From Octopus bimaculoides (Eukaryota), in NCBI RefSeq assembly GCF_001194135.2, contig NC_068986.1, positions 92,417,740 through 92,451,500 of the forward strand: a DNA stretch of 33,761 bases. Direction: 5' to 3'. The notes beneath the pieces are model-generated. The model was given only the letters and a program-made list of their open reading frames with translations. It made no database searches and was not told the DNA's origin. This document shows, in pieces, positions 21,671 through 31,749 of this stretch (position 1 is its first letter; each line of letters opens with the position of its first letter). A program made the position numbers and the translations under genes.

Positions 21671-22241
21671 AATATATAAGACACAAATTTGCGTGAACAT
21701 ATCCATCTAAATATGATGTTAATCTATTTTTTTTTCTTTGTAAAATGAATATTTTAGTAAGACCCCCATTTTCCCCTTAATTGTTATCTCCCCCACATTA
21801 CACATAAATCTATCTTTATTTTTTAAAATTTTCTCCACAATATAAACAAAACTTTTCGATATTATTATCAAATATAATTTTACTATACCACTCCATAGAT
21901 TATTATATACGTTTTAGCAGTGGATAATGTAAATAAATTCTCCCTAATTTTCAATATTTTTATTTCTAATTTTAATTTTTATTTTTATTCCCTTAACCGT
22001 CTTCTTGTACCTACCTCTTCAAATATTTTTCTGCACGTTTGGCTAAATTCCGTAATCTATAAAAATTAGACATATTATTTACGAAAAACAATTTAATTAT
22101 AAATTTTATAAACCAGAAACCATTAATGGTCACTATTAAGCATTTTTCTATATTTGAAGAAAAGAAGGGTAAAGATACCGCTTGCTAAATATCAAAGCGA
22201 AAGCTTCAAAAAACCACCAATTCTATGATAAATACACACAC

Positions 22242-22379
22242 GAGCAATACAATGAATATTATAAAAAAAAAAAAAAAAAATAGGCCTACCTTCAGGATGG
22301 AATATGGGGTATGTATTAACTGCCTTCATATTCCATCCTGAAGGTAGGCCTATTTTTTATAATATTCATTGCATTGCTC
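22242..22379. repeat. Fold-back inverted repeat with 20-nt loop
   Basis: GAGCAATACAATGAATATTATA(A)nTAGGCCTACCTTCAGGATGGAATATG vs CATATTCCATCCTGAAGGTAGGCCTATTTTTTATAATATTCATTGCATTGCTC. The arms differ only in A-run length and one base. Confidence 0.95.
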
Positions 22380-22430
22380 TTCAACTATTCTATATTATAC
22401 CTGTTTAGGTAGTAGTCTTGCTAGCCACCT

Positions 22431-22459
22431 CATTATTACTGTTTTAAACAGTAATAATG
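22431..22459. repeat. Perfect 14-bp-arm palindrome with 1-nt centre
   Basis: CATTATTACTGTTT-T-AAACAGTAATAATG. Confidence 0.95.
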
Positions 22460-22508
22460 CTTCATATATTTACCCTTATATATATATATATATATATATA
22501 TAGCAAGA

Positions 22509-22686
22509 GAGAAAATAGAAAGCTTCTGACAATGTGGAAAGTTTTATAAAACCTTTATAACCCGGTAGCGGAACCTACATAACTGGACATTTTTCTGGCT
22601 ATTTGTCTTCTGAAGATGGGCCTTTGCGCTTAAAATATAAAGGTTTTATAAAACTTTCTACATTGTCAGAAGCTTCCTATTTTCTC
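22509..22686. repeat. Inverted repeat, 51-bp arms (2 mismatches), 76-nt spacer
   Basis: GAGAAAATAGAAAGCTTCTGACAATGTGGAAAGTTTTATAAAACCTTTATA (22509-22559) vs its reverse complement at 22636-22686. Confidence 0.95.
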
Positions 22687-22704
22687 GATTTCTACCTTCT
22701 TCGA

Positions 22705-23214
22705 TGTTACAATGCTTCAAGAGAAACAACAGCGCTCATATATATATATTAGAAAGGGGTGGCCACAAGACACACACCAGGCATTCCATTCATTTCTCAG
22801 CTCAAAGAGGCGAGCCCGTGCTATGCTTGGGTCAAAGCATAGAACGCAACCCCCAATATCGGCAGCGGTGCTCGACAGCATATGCTGGTTTACCCCAGCC
22901 GCACCATGTCGGTTCCATACCCCTTTGAGCCACATCAGATTCACTCATCCGTCCACACAAACTCTCCAAGCTTTCTTATCAGACGTTCTGACTATCCTAA
23001 GAATCCGTGTACTCTTAATGTGTCTCTCGAGAAATATCAGAATGACATAGCGTGTAGCAATACTGTCCCTTCTGAATCCCAGGCACAGCTCATCCGGCAG
23101 GCTTCAATAAAACTTCCGTGACTCGACTTGGAACTTGGGTTTACTTAAATTAGACATGGCCGAGGAGACGTCGCGCAATAGCGTCGAAACCGGGACGTGA
23201 CCTGACTAACAACA
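22705..23214 (+). mobile_element. Candidate solo LTR or LTR-like repeat (510 bp)
   Basis: TGTT...AACA termini; flanks TCGA/CCGA (3 of 4 match); TATA-rich run near 22737-22750; AATAAA at 23106-23111; GC content higher than the flanks. No second copy in the window. Confidence 0.35.
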
Positions 23215-23218
23215 CCGA

Positions 23219-23245
23219 TAGTAGTAGTAGTAGTAGCATCATCAT

Positions 23246-23296
<51 letters not shown>

Positions 23297-23429
23297 TAGT
23301 AGTTGTAGTAGTAGTAGCGGCAGCAGCAATAGTAGTATTAATAGTAGAAGTAGTAGTAGTAGTAGTAGTACTTGTAGTAGCAGCAGCAGTTGCAGCAGTA
23401 GCAGCGGTAGCAGCAGTGACAGTAGTAGT

Positions 23430-23508
<79 letters not shown>
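23219..23508. repeat. Compound trinucleotide repeat (GTA)n/(GCA)n
   Basis: Direct reading. Source of the poly-Leu, poly-Tyr/Cys and poly-Ala/Val ORFs. Confidence 0.97.
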
Positions 23509-23671
23509 CCACCAACAGTTATTTACATCAGTCTTGTTCATCCGGTATATATTTGTATTGCAGAAAGTTTTAAAAGAAAATATTTCTTTTTAAATTCTTT
23601 TTTCGTTGCATTTTAATGACTTTCTGTTTTGGCACCTGGAATGTATCTATATAGTAACTGACCGAAATGTG
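23506..23671 (+). repeat. Dispersed segment J, copy 1 (inverted relative to 27456-27665)
   Basis: GTACCACCA.CAG.TAT.TACATCAGT...TTCATCCGGT and TTTAATGACTTTCTGTTT(T)GGCACCTGGAATGTAT...TAACTGACCGAAATGTG are shared. Confidence 0.88.
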
Positions 23672-23880
23672 CCTGCTACATATGATGTATATATGTATAT
23701 GAACACGACACAAGGAAGTAGAGAAATTTGAAAAGACAACACGAAACCGGTTATTTCTCAAAATACAATGTTTATATACCAAAAAGATTTTATAACATTT
23801 TTATAACATTTTTCTTACATTTTTCTGACATAATTTAAATATATACTTTAACCATGTAACACAAGCCTTCTGTAGTTTTT

Positions 23881-23913
23881 NNNNNNNNNNNNNNNNNNNN
23901 NNNNNNNNNNNNN
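23881..23913. other. Assembly gap (N)
   Basis: N run. Confidence 0.99.
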
Positions 23914-24136
23914 TATATATATATAAATGTATCTATGTGTGTGTTTGTGTGTGTTTGTGTATGTTAGGGTATCCATTTTAAACATATTTGCTGATGTATG
24001 TTAAAACTGTATGAAACATTATCTAATGGTTGATTGTGATTGAAGATTTGCTTGAATATCTTCCGAAATAAGAAGCAGGATACAGGCAAAGCTTCTGACA
24101 AAAACGCGTGTCGAAGATAATTCTCTCACCTCCAGC

Positions 24137-24228
24137 ATGCCATGTTAGCTCTGAAGACCTCTTGATGCCATGTTAGCTCTTGATGCCATGTTAGCTCTTG
24201 ATGTCATGTTAGCTCTGAAGACCTCTTT
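24137..24228 (+). repeat. Compound tandem repeat with 28/18/18/28-bp units built on ATGCCATGTTAGCTCT
   Basis: Units at 24137, 24165, 24183 and 24201. Confidence 0.92.
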
Positions 24229-24350
24229 ATTCTAGAGATTATCTCTCATATGGAGCTGGTCTTCATTGCCATTTGGTGTTTATGATATATTCTGTAGAAG
24301 TGGTGGAAAAAATTGTAATAAATCAAGAAATTATGTTGTATGGTATTTGA

Positions 24351-24402
24351 GACATGATTTTGTCTATGCTGTCCATGACATGATTTTGTCTATGCTGTCC
24401 AT
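24351..24402 (+). repeat. Perfect 26-bp tandem duplication
   Basis: GACATGATTTTGTCTATGCTGTCCAT x2. Confidence 0.95.
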
Positions 24403-24411
24403 GCCATAGAC

Positions 24412-24733
24412 CAGGGGTTTTCAAACTGTGGTCTGCAGACCACAGGGGGTCCGCAAGGACAAGACAGGGTGTCCGTGGAAAGCCAAGACAGGGGTCCGTG
24501 CAGAGCCAAGCAAGCACATCCTTCTCACTAAGTATGTATTTAAAAAATCCTGTGTGTATAATTGACAATAAACCTATTTGTTAAATACTGTTAAATAAAT
24601 AAATAAATGTAAAAATATATGTTATTTTAAGCAAATATTTATGTATAAATTTCATAAGCGTTTGTAAGGGGGTCCCTAAGGTAAAGCCTGAAATATAAAG
24701 GGGTCTGCAAGTCAAAAAGTTTGAAACCCCCTG
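24412..24733. mobile_element. 322-bp hAT (Charlie-like) MITE
   Basis: 16-bp TIRs CAGGGGTTTTCAAACT / CAGGGGGTTTCAAACT; perfect 8-bp TSD CCATAGAC (24404-24411, 24734-24741); repeated GGGGTCC/GGGTCT subterminal motifs. Confidence 0.95.
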
Positions 24734-24929
24734 CCATAGACCACTCTAAGTTATTTTTATTCGCTCATCTTTGTTTAAATTATATGTATGTATGCATGCA
24801 TGTATATAGATGTGTGTGTGCGTGTGGTTTACTTTTCCGTTAAGGTAAGATCAACAAAAATGTTCTCCATTTAGTGAAAGATGAATATTATTTAATGTAC
24901 ACAGTATACAATTACGAGCTACTAATAGT

Positions 24930-25176
24930 TTCATGCGAAATTATGTTTATTTACATATGACGTAAACCATATGACATCTAGCGTTTCTGGATGACTTTAT
25001 AACTTCTAAAATTGCAGTTGGCAATTTAGCTTAAAGGTAGAGCACCCTGACCGGATATTAGAGAGGTGTGAGCGATATGCTGCTCTGTCAATATTTACGC
25101 GTTGAAAAATATATCTTGCTACTTCATCTACATTTCAACTCTTCAAAAACAAACTTATGTTCGTTTACATATGACG
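24930..25176 (+). repeat. Dispersed repeat H, copy 2
   Basis: See 21424-21670. Also bracketed by a 22-bp direct repeat (24941-24962, 25155-25176; 2 mismatches). Confidence 0.85.
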
Positions 25177-25190
25177 TTTTATATATATAT

Positions 25191-25410
25191 ATTCTTTTAC
25201 TTGTTTCAGTCATTTGACTGCGGCCATGCTGGAGCACCGCCTTTAGTCGAACAAATCGACCCCAGGACTTATTCTTTGTAAGCCTAGTACTTATTCTATC
25301 GGTCTCTATTGCCGAATCGCTAAGTTACAAGGACATAAACACACCAACATCGGTTGTCAAGCGATGATGGGGGACAAACTCAGACACACAAATGTACACA
25401 CACGTACACA
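25191..25410 (-). mobile_element. SINE family B, 3' half
   Basis: Near-identical to 5446-5696. Confidence 0.92.
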
Positions 25411-25442
25411 CTTCGTACACGAGGTACACTAATGAATATGAG

Positions 25443-26046
25443 ACTGGTGGGACGCCACGAACAGTACGAACCCCGGAAAATGTGGAACGCGTCAGACAAT
25501 CTTTGATATGGTGTCCGAATCGCTCTGCTCGGATGCATTCCACTGAACTTGGCATCGGTAATCGATCGGTAAGGCGTAATTTGCATGAAGACCTGCATTT
25601 CCACCCGTACACACAACCAGAGTATCAAAGAATGTTCTTCGCCCTTTCTTCGGTGACCGCCTCATTACCAGGTTTGCTGACATTCCTTGGTCTTCTTCGG
25701 TCCCCTGATTTGTTTATGTGTGATTATTTCTTGTGGGGAAACTTCAAGACACGTATGTATGCGCATAAGTTCCGCACATTGGACGATTTGAAGGAAGCTT
25801 TTCGCGTAGAGGTCGCCCAAATAGGGAGAGCAATGCTGGGGAGCAAGGAGGCCAACTTCCAAGAACGCCTCCAGAAATGCATCAATGAAAACGGACACCA
25901 CATAATGGATGTTGTTGTTTTCCACGCTTGATTTTGGCAAATACTAATTTAATACGAACACAATGATGTCAATAAAATTTGTTTGCAGCTAAAGTTAATG
26001 GTTTTGTGAAGTTTTCAAAAACGTTCGTCCTCTCTGTCCCACCCTG
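25443..26046 (+). pseudogene. Internally deleted Tc1/mariner transposase remnant with right TIR
   Basis: GTPRTVRTPENVERVRQS...RSAR...LGI..RSVRR.LHEDLHFHPY (HTH region), then after a deletion FGDRLITRFADIPW (shifted frame) and RSPDL..CDYFLWG.FK..Y....RTLDDLKEA...F.ERL..CI.ENG.H. Terminus ...GTCCCACCCTG|TA (26046). These motifs resemble the DD41D/rosa-like group (inferred). Confidence 0.88.
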
Positions 26047-26049
26047 TAT

Positions 26050-26990
26050 AATACATACATAGTACATAAATACACACATACGTGCATACATACATACAAA
26101 CATACATATATACAGACACACACATACATACATACATACATCCATACATGCATACATACATATATACATACATACATACATACGCACATACATACATACA
26201 CACATACAAACATACACATACATACATACGCACATACATACATACACACATACATACATACGCACATACATACATACACACATACACACATACGCACATA
26301 CATACATGCACACATACATACACACACACATACATACATACATACATGCACACATACATACATACATACATACACACATACATACACACACACACACATA
26401 CATACATACATACATGCACACACACGCATACATACATACCATACATACATACACNNNNNNNNNNNNNNNNNNNNNNNNNNNNNNNNNNNNNNNNNNNNNN
26501 NNNNNNNNNNNNNNNNNNNNNNNNNNNNNNNNNNNNNNNNNNNNNNNNNNNNNNNNNNNNNNNNNNNNNNNNNNNNNNNNNNNNNNNNNNNNNNNNNNNN
26601 NNNNNNNNNNNNNNNNNNNNNNNNNNNNNNNNNNNNNNNNNNNNNNNNNNNNNNNNNNNNNNNNNNNNNNNNNNNNNNNNNNNNNNNNNNNNNNNNNNNN
26701 NNNNNNNNNNNNNNNNNNNNNNNNNNNNNNNNNNNNNNNNNNNNNNNNNNNNNNNNNNNNNNNNNNNNNNNNNNNNNNNNNNNNNNNNNNNNNNNNNNNN
26801 NNNNNNNNNNNNNNNNNNNNNNNNNNNNNNNNNNACATACATACATGCATACATACACACACACATACATACACACACACATACATACATGCATACATAC
26901 ACACACACATACATACACACACACACATACACACATACATACACACATACACATACATACACATACATACATACATACATACGTACATGC
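26050..26990. repeat. Complex (CA)/(CATA)/(CGCA) microsatellite containing gap 26455-26834
   Basis: Direct reading. Confidence 0.97.
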
Positions 26991-27229
26991 CATACCGACA
27001 CATTCGCACAAACAAACGTAACAGATGAGTCTTGGTGAAGTGCTGCACATATTTACATCGTCTGGTGTTCCAGATATTTATCCTTTCCATTATTTAACTT
27101 CACGCTAATGTCATAGCCCCGAGTGATTTTTTTACTTCTTTTAATTGTCCGTTGAGCATTTTCAATCAAGTTGAGATGTACTCTGTCGAGTCTTATTGTC
27201 ATGCGTGCGTGTGCGTTTGTATGTGATTC

Positions 27230-27261
<32 letters not shown>

Positions 27262-27403
27262 ACTGCGTGCGTGTGTGACTGTGCATGCGTGTGTGTGTGT
27301 ATGTGTGTGCATGTGTATATGTGTGTGTGTGTGAGAGACTGTGCATATGTGAATACATACTTGCATAAATACACACGTACACACACACACACGTACATAC
27401 ACG

Positions 27404-27443
<40 letters not shown>

Positions 27444-27455
27444 ATACATACAAGA

Positions 27456-27665
27456 CACATTTCGGTCAGTTAAGATATAATACATTCCAGGTGCCAAACA
27501 GAAAGTCATTAAATAAAAAGAAATCGAAAAATAAAATAAAATAAAATAAAATAAAATAAAACAAAAAAGAACCCCAAAAAAGAAATTTTTTTTTTTAGAA
27601 AATGTTCAAGCTATGCAAATCTACACCGGATGAATGAAACTGATGTAGATAGCTGCTGGTGGTAC
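27456..27665 (-). repeat. Dispersed segment J, copy 2
   Basis: See 23506-23671. Confidence 0.88.
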
Positions 27666-28018
27666 CGCAGCCGCCGCCACCACCACCACCACCACCACCA
27701 CCACTATTACCCATCTCTATTAATCACCACAGTCACCACAATCACAGTCACCACCACCACCACCACCACCATCATTGCTGCTACTGCTACTACCACTACT
27801 ACTGTCTGAGAGATACTGCAATGTAAGACAGCCGTAACAATAAGCTCGATAAAGACAGTGGAGATGGTGACGAGGCTAAAGACTACGACGGTGACTACGA
27901 TGACGGTGGCCATGATACTTATGACGACGGCGATGAAAATGTACAGGATGACCAAATTGACGCTGATGATGATGATGGTGGTAAATTCGGTGATGATGAT
28001 GACTGTTGTTGTTGTTGC
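27666..28018. repeat. Degenerate trinucleotide region, (CAC/CAT/TAC)n switching to (GAT/GAC/GTT)n
   Basis: Direct reading. Confidence 0.85.
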
Positions 28019-28211
28019 GTAAGACCACCTAGGTTTATGCCATGCCACCGCGGACAGACGGTGAAAGACCTAAGTCCGAATCCAAAGATATACACACCTT
28101 GGTTCTATCTATCTGAGAAGCATTGTATACACACAGTGACATGCTGTGGTGAACTGTATGGGCTGTAGTGTCACAGTCTCAACACACTGAACTAGGTATC
28201 TCTATATGCCT

Positions 28212-28440
28212 GTTGATGTTGTTGCTGTTCTTGTTTAACCCTTGGTTAAACTTGGCCTGCGTGAGTAAGTTTATGATCATTATTGGAATGATGGAAAGCA
28301 TTCCAGTAATGATAATCGAGCCATCTTAAGTGTATCTTAGACTACTTCAGTTAATGTGTTCTTTCCGAATTTATGGTGGTAGTGGTGTCGACAATAATTT
28401 CTGACAGGTCCAGTGAGCACCTAGAAGCATCTCTGTGGAT
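28212..28440 (+). mobile_element. Old family C copy
   Basis: (TGT)n then TGTTTAACCC...ATGATCA...AAAGCATTCCAG...GTATCTTAGACTAC...AATGTGTTCTTTCC, parallel to 3596-3785. Confidence 0.45.
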
Positions 28441-30209
28441 GTGGTGACAGTGGAGGAAGGCTCTATGGCTCTTCTAAATGGCTAAAAGCGGCCTTGTGAA
28501 AAAATGTGTATTTTGAGGAAAAGAATTGTCGTACAACAGTTTATTTTAATTAATTTTATTTTATTTAAAGCTTATCTTTTCAACTAATTGTTAATTCAAG
28601 AAACACCAGTTTGTGTGTGTGTGTGTGTGTGTGTGTATTTTATCTAAACACTTATTCATATTTCTTTATCAACAATTGTAATTACTCTGTAGCAGGAATA
28701 TTTGGCAGTTCCAAAACACTCAGAAATCGAAACTGAATTCACTTTTAAAAGTAACTGAATAACAATAAGCAGAATGTTGTCAAAGATTAACGTCAACACG
28801 CGACTAACCCATTCAAGTCTGAAAAACACATTAACAATTATTTTTATCTTCTAGCTAGCTGACCATTCAAATACGATAGATCTAGCAGATGTCTAATTCA
28901 CTGAATCTGAAATTGTTGTAAACAAGCAGTTTTCTTGGACAAACAATATATAGGATAGTCATTAAATAACTTTGGTTCACTTTTTCTGATAAGAGCACTT
29001 GCTATATATTCAGCCCCTCTTAGCCACTAGGGAGCAGTGTCCGTAAGCAGTAGTGGCCTAAGCTTTAAAACCAATCAGCTGTGAGCAGTGTAAGTGTAAA
29101 ATCAAGACCAATAGATGGTGATAACGACGTCGACGGCAGCTAAACCACCAAGCGTCTAGAATCAACCAGATAGTTCCAGTTGGACATATACTCATCATGC
29201 TGCAAGACAATCCATGGATCGTTTCTGTTTGGCGGCACCTATGGAAATTTCAAGGTTTATTTAAAATTTTAAAATTTGGTGTACTAATGTAATTTTCCAA
29301 GCTCAGGAGATATTTCCCTTTTTCCAGAAAATATTAAAAAAAAAAAGTTATAGAGGTTTAAAGTTTGATAATTTTTACCCAATCAGAAAACAGGATTTCG
29401 AATCTGTCATTTTGTGCGTGACAGCACATGTTGTTAACTGTAAACATGAAATATCGGCGGAATTCTGCTTTACGCACCCCGTATAATTCCCTCGTAACTT
29501 TTTATAGCTTTTGGAATTTTCAGAAAATTTTTGCGAATTATATTTCTACACACGGGAATTCATACGATTATGCAAAGGTAGAAAAAGAAATTTCGTGCGT
29601 TATTTAAGGCCTTTTAACTGTTATTTTTAGCACATCTTACGACCACCTCAATGAGTATTCGCCAATACGTGCTTTCTCGCAGACAAAAGAGTTCTCATGC
29701 TTGCCTTGTTACAATGGAAAGAGGCATAAATGTGCCTGTAGCTTACGGTTGGCTAAAACTACCCCAAATTAACCAAAACTGAAGTATGGCGAAAATGCAT
29801 TTCATGGCACTGATTAGCATATAGAACTACATCAATTACACTGATTATGAAATCAATTCGAACAAAAATTAAAAAGATTGAAAATTGGCAGCCAGACAGA
29901 AAAGATTTCAATTCACTTGCGCTCTTGTCTCATCCATATTGTTGAACTCTTATTCTGGAGTAAATACATTTTCTGTCATTCGTAATAACGGCCTTTTTTC
30001 AAGACGAAAATAAATATTTTGCATTTAAAATTTCAATGGAATTTGTGTTCTTTCCGTCAAATCATCGAATCGTCACACTGTTGATTACCAAAAATCATAA
30101 ATAATCTTATCATTGCAATTGGCGACCCTTAACGAACTTTGCAACTAATTCTATTGTCACCAGTAATGCCGCTGCCAGCCATATCGTAACAACTTATTTA
30201 AAGAAAATA

Positions 30210-30425
30210 CAGTTGTGTATAAAAGGACATCTCGAAATTGCAAAACTCCACCAGTTTTACATTTTTTAAAATAGTTTTTATGAATAATTATATTTTATTT
30301 TATAAAATATCATTTCATAAAAACTTGTTTTATAAATTTAGCAGTATAATTATTTTTAAATGCAACCTTATCAAATGACAGTTAAATTCAATGCGTCCTC
30401 CCAACGTTAAAAATAGTTCACCTCC
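30210..30425 (-). mobile_element. Possible 3' terminus of a Tc1/mariner-type element
   Basis: TA|CAGTTGTGTATAAAAGG end and a minus-strand EGGELF* motif resembling mariner C-termini. Weak. Confidence 0.3.
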
Positions 30426-30736
30426 TTCTGGTCTAATGTATTGTTCATACATCGCTATTGTTTCATTCTGTTGGTCGTCTGTAGGACATGTGATTATTCT
30501 AAGTATGTTTCTATGTTACTTTGCTTTCTTTACTGCTTGCTATATGTACTGTGAATGATGTGAACGTGTTTTAAGCAATTCCTAGTATTCTTTGTTTTCT
30601 GTGTCTGTAGTAATTTTTGTTTTCTATGTTTGTGATATATTTCTGTTGAGTGTTAGGATTGGTTATTATTTTTTGATGTTCTCTGGCGTTGACGGTAAGA
30701 AGAGAGACGGCAGATTTGTAGGTTCTATTTTAAATT

Positions 30737-31398
30737 TGGGCTAATATGCAGTTTACGGTCGTAAAAAAGTGAAAGTAAATTCATTGAAATAATGAAATTA
30801 ATTGCAATTGAAGCCAGAAGTGATGATAGTGATGTATCATAATTCCATGTAAACAATGTACAGGACATACATATATTTGATATAACATGAAAACCTACGT
30901 ATATTTTGAATAAGATGAAAACGTCACCCTTCTCCTTGGTGTTCGTGGTTGAGTATAGTGCATTGGAATGGTGTATCTCAAAGACTACTTTTGAAATGTT
31001 CAACATCATTAGAAAATACTACATACAATAATCCCTCGCCATATCGCGGATTACCTATCGCGCATTCAGTACATCGCGGATTTTTCTGGCTAATATATGT
31101 AAATTTATATCGCGGTCTCCTCAGTATATCCGGGTTTCTGCGGCCGATAGTTATTCATATTTCTTTAGATTTTAATTATTTCTGTGGGAGGTCTTGGAAC
31201 GTAACACCTACGATAGTCGAGGGATTACTGTATGTTGATGCCAGTGGATGAGGCAGAGTGAGGGAGTTCTTTATGTTCGTTTTATGAAATGTTGGGGTGT
31301 CACTATCATCACTTCCGCTTCCTATCGCAGTTTACTTACACTTTTTCTAGGACAATTTACATTTATTTTTCTTAAGACCGTAAACTGTACGCTAACCT
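30737..31398. mobile_element. 662-bp non-autonomous TIR element of unclear superfamily, inserted in the LINE
   Basis: Left GGGCTAATATGCAGTTTACGGTCGTAAAAAA vs right (reverse complement) AGGTTAGCGTACAGTTTACGGTCTTAAGAAA. AAATT flanks both sides (30732-30736, 31399-31403). LINE motifs resume on each side. Confidence 0.7.
31026..31230. mobile_element. 205-bp Tigger/pogo-like MITE
   Basis: TIRs CA(A/G)TAATCCCTCG; TA on both sides (31024-31025, 31231-31232); four ATCGCG subterminal repeats. Confidence 0.88.
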
Positions 31399-31749
31399 AA
31401 ATTCATTCTTGCTGTGTTAGGTTCTTTGGTGATTTATGAAGGAGTCAGTGTAGCCATGCACTTGTGTCCGAAAGATGGAGAGAGGATTAGAATGTGATCT
31501 CATCAACGTATTGAATATTGTGTTATGGAAATGACATGTAAATATGGGTTGAAAAGAGTGGGCAAGAGGACAGATCCCAGCGTGGTACTCCATCCGGGAA
31601 ATTGTAAGTTCTGGGTCGTGCTATTTTTGTTCACTACATAATTTCGGAAATCTGATGGTTTGCTCACCAATGTTTTATGCGTTTGGTGTTGACAGTGGTG
31701 CTGGTGCATATAGTTCAAGATCAGCTCTACTCGTGTAATCTCTCGGCAT

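Noticed and set aside
22327-22350. CTGAAGG in the 22242 fold-back as a hammerhead core
   Set aside because: A9 is absent and there is no GAAA.
23116-23125. CCGTGACTCG resembling a tRNA-His primer-binding site
   Set aside because: It lacks the TGG start and lies inside, not after, the candidate LTR.
23150-23616. Poly-Leu, poly-Tyr/Cys and poly-Ala/Val ORFs
   Set aside because: These are frames of the (GTA/GCA)n repeat.
902-27509. Dozens of ORF-track entries rich in HT/YI/CV/MY or X
   Set aside because: They are translations of (CA)n, (TA)n and (ATGT)n microsatellites or of N gaps. No domain motifs.
28693-28756. Possible micro-exon (tgtag|CAGGAA...AAAA|gtaact; QEYLAVPKHSEIETEFTFK)
   Set aside because: Two frames are open, no homology is recognised, and such splice-like words are common by chance.
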